Assembly: GCA_910592345.1 (NCBI GenBank)
Contig: CAJVPI010000109.1
Coordinates: 1 to 53,322 of the forward strand
Reading direction: 5' to 3'
Origin: Paraglomus brasilianum
Taxonomy: Eukaryota
Length of the DNA stretch: 53,322 nucleotides
Positions 41,220-53,322 of the stretch are shown in pieces (positions within the stretch are counted from its first letter, which is position 1; the number at the start of each line of letters is the position of its first letter). The notes under the pieces were generated by a model that was not told where the DNA came from, did no database searches, and saw nothing but the letters and a program-made list of their open reading frames with translations. The position numbers and the translations under genes are program-made.

Positions 41220-42223
41220 GGACCAGACAATCGTGTGCATTTAGAGAGGGTGTACATTTAGAGAAAATGGTTATGTGTGTAATTAATAATATTATTGTTA
41301 TTATTACACAGTCAACCCCGTTAATCCGAACCCGTTTAACCGAAGGACTAAGTAAAACCGCTAAACCGAAGATAAGTCAAGATTGTTTAATAGTCTTATC
41401 TGTTCACCTGTGTCTTCTTGCTGTAACAAAAATAAGCGTACATTTTCTAAGCTTTTTAATGCACTACTTGCACTAATAGTAGTAATCTCCTGTCATTTCT
41501 GGCATTACCCTCTCCTTAAACGTCTCTGTGATTTCTTTAATAAGTTGGTTATCATCGGGAATATCGTACACAATATCCTCTTCAGGAATACACAAAAACT
41601 CGTTAACCTGCATTGGATCCGAGAGGTGAAGCTTATTGATTATTTTACTCAAATCATCAATTGTTTGATCATCTGTAAGGTGTTTGTTATGGATACACTC
41701 CGCTGTAATTTTATCCTAACTACTATAACTATAGATCGAATAACTTGAAGACTATCCCATCTTCATATCTTGTATAAGCATACCATGAAAAAACAACTAT
41801 GAAAAACAACCACGAATAATCAACGGGTACTAGCAACTGGTACTACAACAGTAATCAATAATTAATACTCGCAAGATAATTTTGATTCAAATTTCGATTT
41901 CAAAGAGAATAATAGCACCGATCACGTGCATTTAGGGATACAAGTGAGTCTCGATATAACGACACTGCTATATAACGATAGAAATCTTAGAACAAAAATT
42001 TTATATTGCTTAGTTATCGTATGTAAGTTAATTCTCGATATAAGGACATTCTCGATATAGTAATAGTGACCATTCGGATTGGAACCGAGCATGTCGTTAT
42101 ATCGAGATCCGCTTGTAATAGTTTAATAGACAAGCACGTGCAGAATACGGGCGTGCATTTATCAAATCGTGCATTTAGGGAGGGTGTGCATTTAGGGTGC
42201 GTGCACTTAGAGAGGTTTATCTG
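41220..42223 (-). mobile_element. Nested pogo/Tigger relic cluster (GTGCATTTAGGGAG family plus Tigger transposase C-terminal fragment)
   Basis: GTGCATTTAG(G/A)GAG motifs at about 41235, 41926 and 42170-42215, ending ...GAGAGGTTTATCTG+TA. A CAGTCAACCCCG end at 41309. The minus strand at 41385-41670 reads ...DPMQVNEFLCIPEEDIVY...ISASSALKSLENVRLFLLQQE, homologous to 7290-7465. Confidence 0.7.
41941..42115. mobile_element. MITE, 175 bp, related to the 1280-1412 family, nested in the older element
   Basis: TIRs CAAGTGAGTCTCGATATAACGACA / TGTCGTTATATCGAGATCCGCTTG, with TA on both flanks. Confidence 0.88.
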
Positions 42224-42586
42224 TACATAGGCATTCTCGACACTCGATAGGACAAATCTTTTTAAAAAAATTCGATAAGTCGGACACACATACCGTAAAC
42301 CTGTAAGTCGGACAACCCTTTCAATCGGCTTATACAAATGACTCTCAATAAGTCGGACCACATGATTTTGAGAGATAATCTTTACCGTTTTAGTAAATAC
42401 AATACAATTAATTATCCAATAATTTTGCTTCAGTACAAGAAGTACCGGAAGAAGAGGGAGAAGAAACCATAAGCAATACGGTTATTTTGGATAGCATTCA
42501 AATATATTTGATATAAAAGTGGACCAGTAATCTCGAGAATAAATGACCTAAAACATCAAATTAGAAGAAAGCGAAATGCATTATTA

Positions 42587-42934
42587 CTATTGCTTATTAG
42601 CTAACTGTATCATTTCTGCATCAGACATCATTCTATCTCGACACAAGCTCCTATCTTTCTCAGTTGTAGTCATGAATATGTCGGGATCTTGACGGTGATC
42701 GATGGCCCGTTGTCTGAGACATTTCTCACATTGTTCACGGGTTAGGTGTCCGGAGACAAAGATATCCGTTGGGATGTAGATGCCTGGTTTTTTACAGATA
42801 AGTTGCGGGACTTTCAGCGCGAGCTTGTACATTCGTACTAAATATTTAGATATAGGAGTACGAAAAAAGTAATGAGAATAAAATGTATCATAATAAAATT
42901 TGTCATATTCAACCAGTTCTGTTAATAATAACAC
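42587..42934 (-). pseudogene. Orphan/repeat-associated coding fragment (LRQRAIDHRQDPDIFMTTTEKDR)
   Basis: 115-codon open frame with protein-like composition, lying between TE relics. Function unknown. Confidence 0.4.
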
Positions 42935-42962
42935 GTGTTAACAAAGCCTGTTAGTATTAGAT

Positions 42963-43165
42963 ATAATCAGGAATTAACCCGACACGTTGTACAGGCTCGA
43001 ATATTATGGGGTTAATAGTAGATCCTTACTGTTTTTATAGGACATAATCGTCGATGTGTGACCTGTCGGGTAACTTCATCCATTATGGGCTGTACGACAT
43101 GTCGGGTAACTTCCTATTTCTCTCCATTATGGGCTGTACGACGTGTCGGTTTAATTCCTGATTAT
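42963..43165. mobile_element. MITE with ~32-bp TIR and internal subterminal repeats (possibly hAT-like)
   Basis: ATAATCAGGAATTAACCCGACACGTTGTACAG / CTGTACGACGTGTCGGTTTAATTCCTGATTAT. CCATTATGGGCTGTACGAC occurs twice. The flanks TATTAGAT / TGTTAGAT resemble an imperfect 8-bp TSD. Confidence 0.75.
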
Positions 43166-43879
43166 CTGTTAGATAACGCGACTGCATTTTAAATTTTGTT
43201 ACACGTTTACTAATTTTACATTCAACACACAATGACCAAACCCTCGCTTAATCAACGTTAAAATAGATCAATTAGTCCGCTCGAAAGATATTTCAGTTAG
43301 TGTCAATAAAAGTGCATGTTTAGAATGTTCTAATTACCTTCGATTCCTTTATTGTAAATAAATGAGTAGTTCTTTATACTCTGATATACATTGTTAATAA
43401 TTCATTCCCTGGTAACTTATCGGTATAGCTGAGAAACCGCTAATCCCTAATCGATTAAGAATAATCGTCTCTTGTCCCGTGATTATTCGAGTGGCAAATT
43501 ACGATAATTAATTGTTATGTAGATGCGCATTATTATAATTAAAATACTATTACCCCAACTGGTAGACTAAGAATTAATCCCATCTTAGGAGCTGACAGAG
43601 ATACTCGAGTACAATTAGTATATCCAGGATTAGCGTCACTTTACGACGGGAAGGTTTTCGTAAGTGCAAAGGCTTGGTTGGACAAGGTCACTAACTGTAA
43701 CCCGAGGTTTACCTAGAGAAGGAGACGCCACGCTCTGCCGAAACTAGCTAACTTCCTAGTGTCAATTATTACCTGCTCTCCTGTGATAGTCGCCACAACA
43801 TTATACACGTATGACAATAACCTCTTTGTGGGAGGCTGGCACGCGTGATGCTGACACTTTGCACAAATTAACTTCTATT

Positions 43880-44600
43880 CCACTTACCACTGTATACAAA
43901 TATATCAAAATAATACTTCTTTAAATCCTCTGCCAGGCCAAGAAAGTTTTCCCCTAAACAGCGTTGGCATCTCGGCTAGCTTGCCTCAGCAAACAAATAC
44001 TCTACGAGCACTAAACTCGCGAATACTTTAAATGATTATCATTCCTAACTTAAATTTAGTAGTGACAGTACTCAATGAGCTCCATAATCTCCAATATCAC
44101 GCCACAGTTCCAAAACCCATCCCTCTTCTTACAGCCACTCATAACAAATATAGTGGCATTTGCCATAAAATACAAGAAACAAAATTGGAACAAGGTCATA
44201 TTTTCTGATGAAACTACGTTCCAGATGTTTCGAAATACTCCAAAAATATTTTACAAAAATGGCACTCAACCTCCAAGTAAGGCCACGGTAAAACACCCCT
44301 ATAAAGTTCACGCCTTCTCAGTAAAAGGTCTTGTTGGCTTTTTTCTTTTCACAGATATTATGGACAGTACGATTTTAACTGAAAATCTTTTTGATGATGC
44401 AAATGCTATTATGGGAAACAATTGGATGTTCCAACAAGAGAAGCATAAAGCTAAGGAAACTACTCATGCAGCGATACCCAAAAATTATGGATTAGCCGTC
44501 TAATAGTCCAGATATTACATCGCACGAAAGCCGACTACCACATTGCTCTTACCGAGGATATTTTGGAAAACTGCGCCGAGATGTAAAGAAAGTTATGGGA
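43880..44600 (+). pseudogene. Tc1/mariner (DD34E) transposase relic
   Basis: ARPRKFSPKQR HTH linker, NWNKVIFSDETTF (first catalytic D), WMFQQ(DN lost), PSNSPD, with stops and frameshifts. Confidence 0.85.
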
Positions 44601-44766
44601 AGTGATTGTGATAGTAAGAAGTGAGGACAAAAAAATTTTATTAAGGAATAATCGGTCGTAAGACATTTGTACATTAGTGTAGACATCACGTATCGCGGGC
44701 TGTGACCGATTTTTTTATGTGAAGGAATCGAGATGTATTTTGCAACTAGAATTAATGAAGGGCACG

Positions 44767-45028
44767 ATGCAAATTTGCGTTTGTAAAAGATTATAACGTA
44801 AGTGTAAGTGTTTAATTGACAACACTTAAGCGCAAATCTCACCTCTGGCTTCCATCTTTGCCTCGTCACGGGAAAAAATCTCGGGAAAGCGTCGCACTAG
44901 AATTATGATGCAAATTTACAATGTAAAGGATTATAAACGTAAGTGTAAGGTTAATTGACAACACTTAAGTTAAGTGCAAGCAAATCCTAAATCTCACCTC
45001 CGACTCCACCTTTGCCTCGTTACGAGGA
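44767..45028. repeat. Diverged ~110-120 bp direct duplication
   Basis: GATGCAAATTT...GATTATAACGTAAGTGTAAG...AATTGACAACACTTAAG...AATCTCACCTC...TTTGCCTCGT occurs twice. Confidence 0.8.
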
Positions 45029-45243
45029 TGGTGGTACAGGAAATCCAAGGAATATTAGAGCGAACACGGCGATGCTACTGACAATCAACAATCATCGAAT
45101 AAATTTCAGATTGCCTCATAAGTAGAACATTATATCATGAAAACAACGCGTTCAAATAAAGTTTCTATGAATAAGAAAAAAATAGTATCTTATTGAGTAA
45201 AAGCTCAGTCAAACAATCAATGAATGGGCTAATCTCACTCATA

Positions 45244-45395
45244 AGCCGGCCATTTATAATGACTCGCCATCACAGAACAAGTCTGCCCGCAGACGCTTTG
45301 GGTAACAACCAATTATGAGCAGTAAAATCTAGCCGGCCATCTTATAATGTCTCTCCATCACTGGCTTCCGACAGAACAAGTCTGCCGCAGACACT
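45244..45395. repeat. Diverged ~55-65 bp direct duplication
   Basis: AGCCGGCCAT-TTATAATG...CCATCAC...AGAACAAGTCTGCC-GCAGAC occurs twice. Confidence 0.75.
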
Positions 45396-45482
45396 TCTTT
45401 TATGCCTGATAGAATTGCTGATAGATTTATGCTAAAAAAAATTTTATTAAGCTTATTTGATTGTGAGAAATGTTGGAAGGTA

Positions 45483-45649
45483 CACAGGCAAACTCGATAA
45501 GTCGGTCATGCATGATGGACCGACTTATCGAGAGAACCGACTTATCGAGAGATTTTAAATATTAAAACTGAGGAAAGGGCTTGGGAAGTTTTGGCCTTCT
45601 TAGGCCAAAATTGAATCATCGAGAGACCGACTTATCGAGTTTGCCTGTG
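45483..45649. mobile_element. MITE, 167 bp, pogo-type
   Basis: Perfect 25-bp TIR CACAGGCAAACTCGATAAGTCGGTC, TA on both flanks, and internal CCGACTTATCGAGAG repeats. Confidence 0.93.
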
Positions 45650-46004
45650 TATAGCTATAGCATCTCTTTTTTCTTCTTCTTTTTTTTTTCTTGGACTTTT
45701 TTAGTCTTTAAAAGACTCTTTGACGCGGATTGTCAGCTGTTAAAATTTTCTATAATAATAAGAAGCATGTCACGTGATCTTATGTAAGTAGAATTCTGTG
45801 ACCGCGCTAAGGATTACTTACATATAGGTTAGGGTTAATTTGCTGTTTCTCATTACGTTGGTACAGATAGAAAATTGCAGCTGTATAATATGGGCATGCC
45901 AGACAAAGTGAACATTCCATTATGTGACATAAATGAGAAGCTGACGTGGCTGAAAGTAACTAAATTTGACTTATCACACTGTAACTTATACACGAATTTA
46001 TGTA

Positions 46005-46485
46005 CAGCACCCTCCAATAAATGACGGAGTGACACAAAATTTTAATAGTAATACATATAAAAAATCTTTCTTTTTAAAAATCTCTTCTGCTCTTGTGTAC
46101 TATGCAAAGTGAAATAATCTTTGTATGGTTCAGAAGCTAATTGATTATGCTTTTCGAAAAATAATAACAATAAATTTTTATAAATTATTGTTATAAGTTA
46201 ATAGCTCGACGAGTGTGAGTATACGTGCAATACATATACAATCATATATTTTCATATCGTAATTTAAATACAGCTGCTTCAACTTGCTACAGCTTAATAG
46301 TGATAACTTATAAAATTTTATTGTTATTTTTCTCGAAAAGCATAATCAATTAGCTTCAGAACTATACAAAAATTATTGCACTTTACATAGTACACAAGAG
46401 CAGAAGAGATTTTTAAAAACAAAGACTTTTTATATGTTTTACTATTAAAATCTTGTGTCACTCCGTCATTTATTGGAGGGGGCTG
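46005..46485. mobile_element. Foldback Tc1-type MITE, 481 bp, ~200-bp TIRs
   Basis: CAGCACCCTCCAATAAATGACGGAGTGACAC... pairs with ...GTGTCACTCCGTCATTTATTGGAGGGGGCTG over about 200 bp. TA on both flanks. Confidence 0.93.
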
Positions 46486-46939
46486 TATGTAGCAAACTTC
46501 TACTATCTAAAATTATACATGATTAATATAGGATTATTTCTATATAAAAATGTAACATGAAAATGTAGACATTAATAGCATGTATAATAATATATAACAT
46601 AGATTTCACTAGAGCAACCAAAGTATAGGGATACTCATCAATGGCTTTGGGTCCGAGTATTTCCCATGCAATCGCTCTAGTGAATCTTTGATATACTAGT
46701 ACATTGTTTTTTAAAGAATAATAAAGTCAATATGACAAATTACATGTATCAATTATTGTAAATATCTGATTATGTTAATCTTGCAATGCATATTTAAATC
46801 AACTTAATGAAAACAAGGTCTCCATTCATATCATTGTGCTGTCATATATACTACAAATAATTGTTATTACAATCACTCTAAATGTGATCTTTATATGCAA
46901 TTTCTGCACGTTAATTATCATTGATTACATTTTGCATAC

Positions 46940-48782
46940 AGGGAATAGTAAAAGGTCTAGAAAGTTCCTCATAATACGTCATTGATTAAGCCACTGATCA
47001 GTATTAAGTAGTATATTAGATCACATTGCACAGCACATCTTCCCATCAAACTTACATGTCTTTGTCATCATGGAAGACTTCAAGAAACTTCCCCAAGACT
47101 TACAAACTCAAGAAAACCTTGATTGTCTGTTGGAGCTCGAGCAGAAAAAGTTGGAATTGGAGAAGCTCCACCTCCAACAAAGTTCTGCAGGTAATGACTT
47201 TGTGACTCAGGCATTATAATTAAGGACATAGAGTAGTGTGTACTTAGGGTAGAGTAGACATATGGTTTTAATAGAGCAGCAGAGAGAGAATAGTTCAAAA
47301 TGTCGTTGCATGCATTATATGTTTGGTCTCCTACACATATTAGGGGTCATAGAGTGGTACCATGCTTATTGGGAATTATTCATACATCCCATTAGACATA
47401 GTAATACTGTAATATGTTTACATTTTATCTACAGAGTAGAGCAAACCAAATTATTTTCAGTTTATTCTTCCTACTGTAATATTCATTGGAGGGTTGACTC
47501 ACCTTTTAATATTAACAAGACTGCATTTCATGAGATGCCATTCTTTATGCATGCAGAGATGGGCAAGCTTTTTGACCTGTACAAAAAACTATGCAACCCA
47601 AATGGTCTCTCTCAATATATTCAAAGCAAGATTGTGGATGAATCCAGTGGTCACCTGGCATCCTTCATGATTTTGTTTTGCAGTGTCAGCCAGACCAAGG
47701 CAATTGGGTTTATATGTTGTAGAAGAATCTCAATTATTACATGAATGGGACTCACAGAAAAGTCAAACAGACACTGGACTCAATGAATACCAAACAAAGG
47801 GCACATGTTTATGACCTCACAAAAAATCAGATGAATCCTTGGAAGCTTGATCCCAGCCAGTTCCATGATCTCATTAAGTATCTCCTCAATATTGGCATCC
47901 TCATGTCTACCAACGAAATGGTCTGTTTTACAAGTGGCATCCTCTTGTGTGTTAGCATCAACAGTGTTTGGCCACAACTAATATATCACCTATCAAAGGA
48001 AGATATTGGCAATCTCTTGGAGCTTGGACTCCAAAATATCTCTCCTGCCACAATCATTGATAGGCTGGTGCAAAACAAGGATGGTCCACAGGAGTCCAGT
48101 TTTCAAGTGGCACTTTATTCTGCTCTCAACAGCATACTACCTGACACAATGGTGTGCTTATTTGAGACCTGAGGGCTGAACACAGCTTGTAGGTAATCAA
48201 ACTTTTAACAGTGGAGATGGAAAACCAACACAACTAACATATATTAAGCAGATACTCATCTTTGAGGCACATATAATAATAAAATGATGAATCAGGGCTG
48301 TCTAAAGTTGCTGTAAAGTTTACAAGGAATTACTCTGAAATGTGCCATTCTGCCTGTTACCAAGTACAAATGGGGATAGCACCAAAATTGCTAGCCTTTA
48401 TAAAAATTCCTGGTGAATGGTATGTTGTTGTGATGGAATTGCTTAAATTACAACACTCTTTGAATCACTTCTGAAGTTGAGACTGCAGTGAAAAAAACCA
48501 TAAAGTTATAACATGATAGAGGTTTTGTACATGGAGATCTATGAAGCCCTAATATCATGGTTGGGAACAACAATCAAGTAAAATTCATTGACTTTGATTG
48601 GACAGGAAGAGAGGAGAGGCAACTTATCCAATCTTTTAAATCTGGAGATTGAATGGCATGAAGATGTTGCTGCAGGAGGGAAAATTAAGTGCATTCATGA
48701 TGAATACATGGTGAAAAAGGAACTTTTATATCTAGTGACAAGTGAACCCAGTGAAAGACATAAACTACATGAAACCCGTTAA
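46940..48782 (+). pseudogene. Decayed Crinkler-type gene (NTPase/REase-like segment + APH/RIO-like kinase)
   Basis: SPFNI, QESSFQVALYSALNSILP, then VAVKFTRNYS...IAPKLL...WYVVVMEL, FVHGDL*SPNIMV, FIDFDW.G, LNLEIEWH, HDEYM. Multiple stops and frameshifts; paralogous to the kinase at 12368-13018. Confidence 0.8.
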
Positions 48783-50679
48783 ACCGGAGTGGGTTGGGAA
48801 CATAGTATTTACCGCGTTATTCTGAATGGTATTATTACAGCTGGATTATTTAAGGAGAATTTTTTGTCAGTTGCTGGATTCTATGTATCATTATAACTCA
48901 CTTTGTATTATTCATGATAATCCTATTATTAAAAGTAAATGATCACAGAACTCCAGAACTCCAGAACTCCAAAAGACATATTATTATTAAATACATTTAG
49001 AAAGTAAACAATTGCAAAAGCATCTAAGTTTAACATTTACGATTCCATTCACATATCAGCACACCATCTTCTCGTGGCCAAATTTTACTCTTTATATGCT
49101 GGATACCCAATCACATACTAATGTAAGACTATGCAGTGATACGTGAATGTTATCCCGTAAATAGAAGTTTTAACGAAATGACTCACCGGTAGTAGATAAA
49201 TGGACACATAGTTGAGAATTATTTTATCACTTCTTGCACAGCTGAAAAGACGATGTGATTATTATGAATTTAGCAATTGGTTAAAAAATTTACTACAGCA
49301 ATTAACATGCTAAATAGAATACAACAGAGTATCGTATAATAAGAATAATAATAATGTTGGAAGCAATTTCTATGCTGCCGTTGTTATTGACACTTCATAT
49401 CCGCATGATTTAGATAAAATTTCGGCCATAAATCACATTGAAAATTTCGCCGAATCCTATTTTTAATTTCGTCTTTGAAAAATTCGCTGAAATCATATTT
49501 TTTTTTTCTTAGTTATTATTATTTGCTTACCAACTATTTATATTATTTATATTTGTCAGGACTCCTCGAAATTTCCCTAGTAGACAGGCTCTGCTATTAT
49601 CTAAACATTTTAGTATTGGTAATGAATAAACTGGTTCATATAATAAATAAAGGCAATGTCTCTGTGTTAAAATTTATCAATATTCAGCGTTGTAGTAATG
49701 ATAGATTATGCTCCCTTCCGTGGATATTTATAAAAGTTATGGTTCTAAAAAATGCTGGGTTGAGTTTTTATACCATGTCGAAATGGATCAAGGTTTCAAA
49801 TTTTTGCAGCCATGCACGCGATGCATGCGTTGGCATTACATGTTATGCTGTGATAACTTGGCAGCCCAGTGTACAGCTATATCAACCGCTTGATAAGTTA
49901 CTAAGAATAGATCGCATATTGAAAGCAAAAGCTAATAATATCTGACAATGAAGTCATGACTTTGTTAACACTAATATGTTTAGAGTACGTAAAGAAGTGT
50001 TGTACAAAACCAATCTAACACACGAACATTTTAATTTCTAACAATCAATGGACACAAGTTTTCCTCTATCAGGAGAGCGATTATTTACAAACTACGTTCT
50101 CTAGAACATATCAATATTAAAATTTGAACGTGTTACTGTTACTACACATTAAAAATTTATACTCAGTATTATTGCCGTTATTTCTTGTATGATTTATTAA
50201 AATTATATTAGCATTATTAATAATAGTCAAAAAGTGCATTTTAATTTACTTATAGATAATAGTAACGATTAATAATATATACAATTATATTTACATAAAC
50301 TTAATATGTACATTAGCTACGTTCTATAACAATTAAGAGTGTAGATGTGGCGTCTTGGATATTGAATTGTCGCATGGATTGACGTCATACCGAAGCAACC
50401 TGCGTACGTTAAATACAATTTCTTCGGCACGTATATTCACTATTAAAGTCAAGTCATTTTTTTGTCCTGCTGCATTATATTATGGGGACGCATTTGATAC
50501 CTGTGTCAGTAATAGTAACTTCAAAGAATCCGTAAATTACAAACTTGTGTCAATAAATCAATTTTAGAATCACTACCGTTTTTTTATGAACCGTTTGCTG
50601 ATGTCCTAGTACTAGACTCCATCGCAAAATAACTGAAGACAATTCCCGATATAGTAATAGTAACATAACAAAATTATCG

Positions 50680-50720
50680 TGGGCCGAATTAAAGAGGGAC
50701 GAATTAAAGGCAGTTGACTG
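50680..50720. mobile_element. Solitary pogo/Tc1 TIR end
   Basis: CGAATTAAAG occurs twice, then GCAGTTGACTG+TA. Confidence 0.5.
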
Positions 50721-51546
50721 TATTACTATAAGCGATTATTTTATAAACATACCATTATAGAATATGATTAGTATTAATTTTTGTCTAATATCGACGTTGG
50801 TGATAAGATGTTTATGCAATCCGAATTAAACTTAAGACAAGAGCATGCAAACTTACTAGCTAAACTAATGTCAGCTTGGGGAGGGGCATCGATGTTCCGC
50901 GTCACCTACATAAAATCCAGGTTAGAAGAGGTTGGTTGTATCGAAAAGGGAACGGTTTTGTTTAATTATACGGAATGGGCGAAGCCCAGAGCCTTGGATT
51001 CATCTAAATCATCAAAATACAGTGTGTTTTTCGTTACGAAAAAAAGTGGACGATTAAAAACATACATTACTCGCTCAATTTTACATCGAAAATACTTGAC
51101 AATCATATTAATGAGATGTGGTAGTAAATGGCAAAAGGCAGCTTAGAGAATCGAGGAGTGCGAATATCTGTGCGCAATATAACTACTGATACACAATCGA
51201 CAAAAAACACACACTTATAATGTGGGAGTAAATTGAACGACAAGCTTATAGTTTTGTAAGCATAATACAGTATATCATATTAATATGGGAGAAGCGATTA
51301 TAGTGTTTAATAATTTATTTCTATGCATAGAGACTATAGTATATGCATATACGCTCTGCATTCATATTCACAAGTTAAAAATATGTAAGCAAACTTTATT
51401 ATCAACAAGCTGTTTATATACAGAATCACATTTATTCTTTTAGATGGATAATTCACACTTATTCTTAACTGCAAATTTTTAGCTGACAAATGTGCTAGAC
51501 TAAGAATATATCCAATGTGATTCTATAATTTCGAATAAATTTTACT

Positions 51547-52760
51547 TCATAAAAAGAGCTCATCCATGTCATTATCCGCCACAGGTGTTAAATTGTCGTC
51601 GGATAAATGTAACCATTCTCGCAAATCCTCAGTATTATCAGCAGAAGGAATAAACGAACGAATTTTTCTCTGTAGTTTTTCTTGTTCAATAAATTCATTT
51701 CGGATAATCGCGAAAAAATTAAAGATTCTTGTGTAGCAGGTGATTGCTTCATATGAAAACGGAACTACACATGACGCCAACTCAATGGCTAAATACTTCT
51801 TTTTCGCGGCAAGGGAAATGGCAAATAGCGTAATCCGATTACCAATGGCTTGAATGCTGTATGTTCTTACTTTCTTGGCATCTTTAATTGGACAATTTAA
51901 ATTGCTGGCAAGTACCCTACACAGACTGCAAACAGCCATCATAAGTAATTTTTTCGCGTCGCCCACTGTATGTCTTCTAGTAGATTTATGAGGAGGCCCT
52001 GATACTTTGACCATTAATAATTCACAAGCATCTGATAATCTCAGAACAAGTAGTTCATTAAGTTTCTTAATTGATTCAACATCCTTTTCAATCCATTCAT
52101 ACTTCACTTCAGGAAAAGCATTTCGGAAAGCACGTAGAATTGGTGAAAGGCATTCGCCTATACAGTATATGACCTTTCTTTCATATCCCTATCCTAATCC
52201 AGAACCTTCGGTGTCAGATACTTAAACATTGCGACAAAATCAAGTAACGTGTGTCTTATGAAAAAGAGAAACCTTGATTCTTCAGTTGCTTCATTGTCTT
52301 TTTCAGTTGCCGTCTCCTCGATTATTTTGGAAAAAATTTCTGAATAGTCCGACTGAAAAATTGCTCCAAGTTTCTTAAGCATAAAGTCCTTTAAACCTAA
52401 TTTATTTCGTGTCTGAAGAGTTCTTTCGATTTCCTCGTATAAATTTTTTTCTGTAGTTTGTTTAACAAGATACATTGTTGCATTGAAGGCACAAATAATG
52501 TGCGCGGAATATTGATTAAATGTTGCCCTTGTAATAATGGGCTTGTTAAGCATTATGATCAAAGTATTTGCGGTTGCTGTTGTGGTGTACAAGTTTTTCA
52601 TGTTGCGAAACATGCTCCCGGTAGTACTTAACAACGTTTTCACATGACCATTCAGAAATATTTGTTTTGTCAAAGAAATCGTTAAAATTTGATGTGCCAG
52701 TTCGAAAATCATATAGATAACGCGGACAATTGTTACGTGATGATTGGTAGATCATTTTGC
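51547..52760 (-). pseudogene. Frameshifted gene for a probable PD-(D/E)xK nuclease-fold protein of an expanded fungal family
   Basis: ORFs 52546-52755, 52194-52712 and 51547-52107 join across small insertions (PKVLD/RDMKERSYTV/ECLSPILRAFRNAFPEVKYEWIEK). Motif LLMV(K)VSGPP...HTVGDAKKL. Confidence 0.6.
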
Positions 52761-53168
52761 ATTGTTTTTAAGCCACAGCCCCCTTATATGATGAAGGGGA
52801 CCCTTATTATTAGTTTACGGTAATAACGAAGTCGGAGTAATCGACCAACTGCATATAATAATAATTTGATGTATCACGCATTTGGAGGCTTTCATATCGC
52901 GACGCGTCGCTTCCGAAAAACGTCTTTAGCGATAAACATTTGGAGCTCATTAATTAACGTTACTTATGAGACAACTGACAATTGAAGGTAAGACATATGC
53001 ATTTGAACGCAAAAGAATAGACTTTTGAAAGTCCAGTGTCTGTTTATCGATGCAGATGCTGTTGGAATAGTGGATTTTGCATGGTTAACAAATTCTCTAC
53101 ATGATTGAAATACATAATCAACAGACTATTGCAAGTAGATATTTATCAATAGGTAGTCGCTTATACAG

Positions 53169-53322
53169 TTAATTAACAGTACTAGTGTATACTGGTGACT
53201 TGTATTCATACATTCCAATCTTACATACTGTATCTTCAATCATACTAAGCCTATCATCCAACCTCTCAGCAACTTTAACATCTAAATTTTCAATATTTTC
53301 TTCCATATCCCGTGAAGCAATT
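53169..53322 (-). CDS. Possible 3' end of a gene running off the window (coiled-coil-like IASRDMEENIENLDVKVAERLDDRLSMIEDTV...)
   Basis: Open frame to the window edge ending in TAA at 53169. No motif recognised. Confidence 0.3.
   Translation of the reverse strand, partial: IASRDMEENIENLDVKVAERLDDRLSMIEDTVCKIGMYEYKSPVYTSTVN

Noticed and set aside
43473..43856. Possible solo LTR (TGTC...TGACA, higher GC)
   Set aside because: The flanks (TCTCT / CTTTG) give no convincing TSD and there is no second copy in the window, so it is unsupported without a genome search.
49475..49945. 156-aa ORF
   Set aside because: Non-ATG start, AT-rich low-complexity composition and no motifs.
50781..51146. 121-aa ORF
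   Set aside because: No recognisable motif or splice structure; it may be a relic but cannot be supported.

Overview
AT-rich, intron-rich eukaryotic DNA, most likely from an early-diverging fungus (Mucoromycota, probably Glomeromycotina or Endogonales; this is inferred from gene content, short GT-AG introns and TE families). A conserved gene core at about 13.4-40.3 kb holds COX16, a Glu/Leu/Phe/Val dehydrogenase, Gemin2, HEM1/ALAS, PTPA, an ABCC/MRP transporter, Nup214/Nup159 and a NAMPT. Both flanks are TE-rich accessory DNA: TA-flanked pogo/Tc1 MITEs, Tigger and Tc1 transposase relics, a CACTA end, Crinkler-type REase-kinase genes, a zinc-finger/kinase pseudogene, and a 3-exon small secreted protein gene that the ORF track misses. 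The most notable hidden feature is a decayed IS607-type Fanzor (eukaryotic TnpB, RNA-guided nuclease) at about 23.87-25.14 kb. It can only be read by changing frames, appears to carry a spliceosomal intron, and has a candidate omegaRNA/right end. Exon structures were deduced by hand and no database searches were run.
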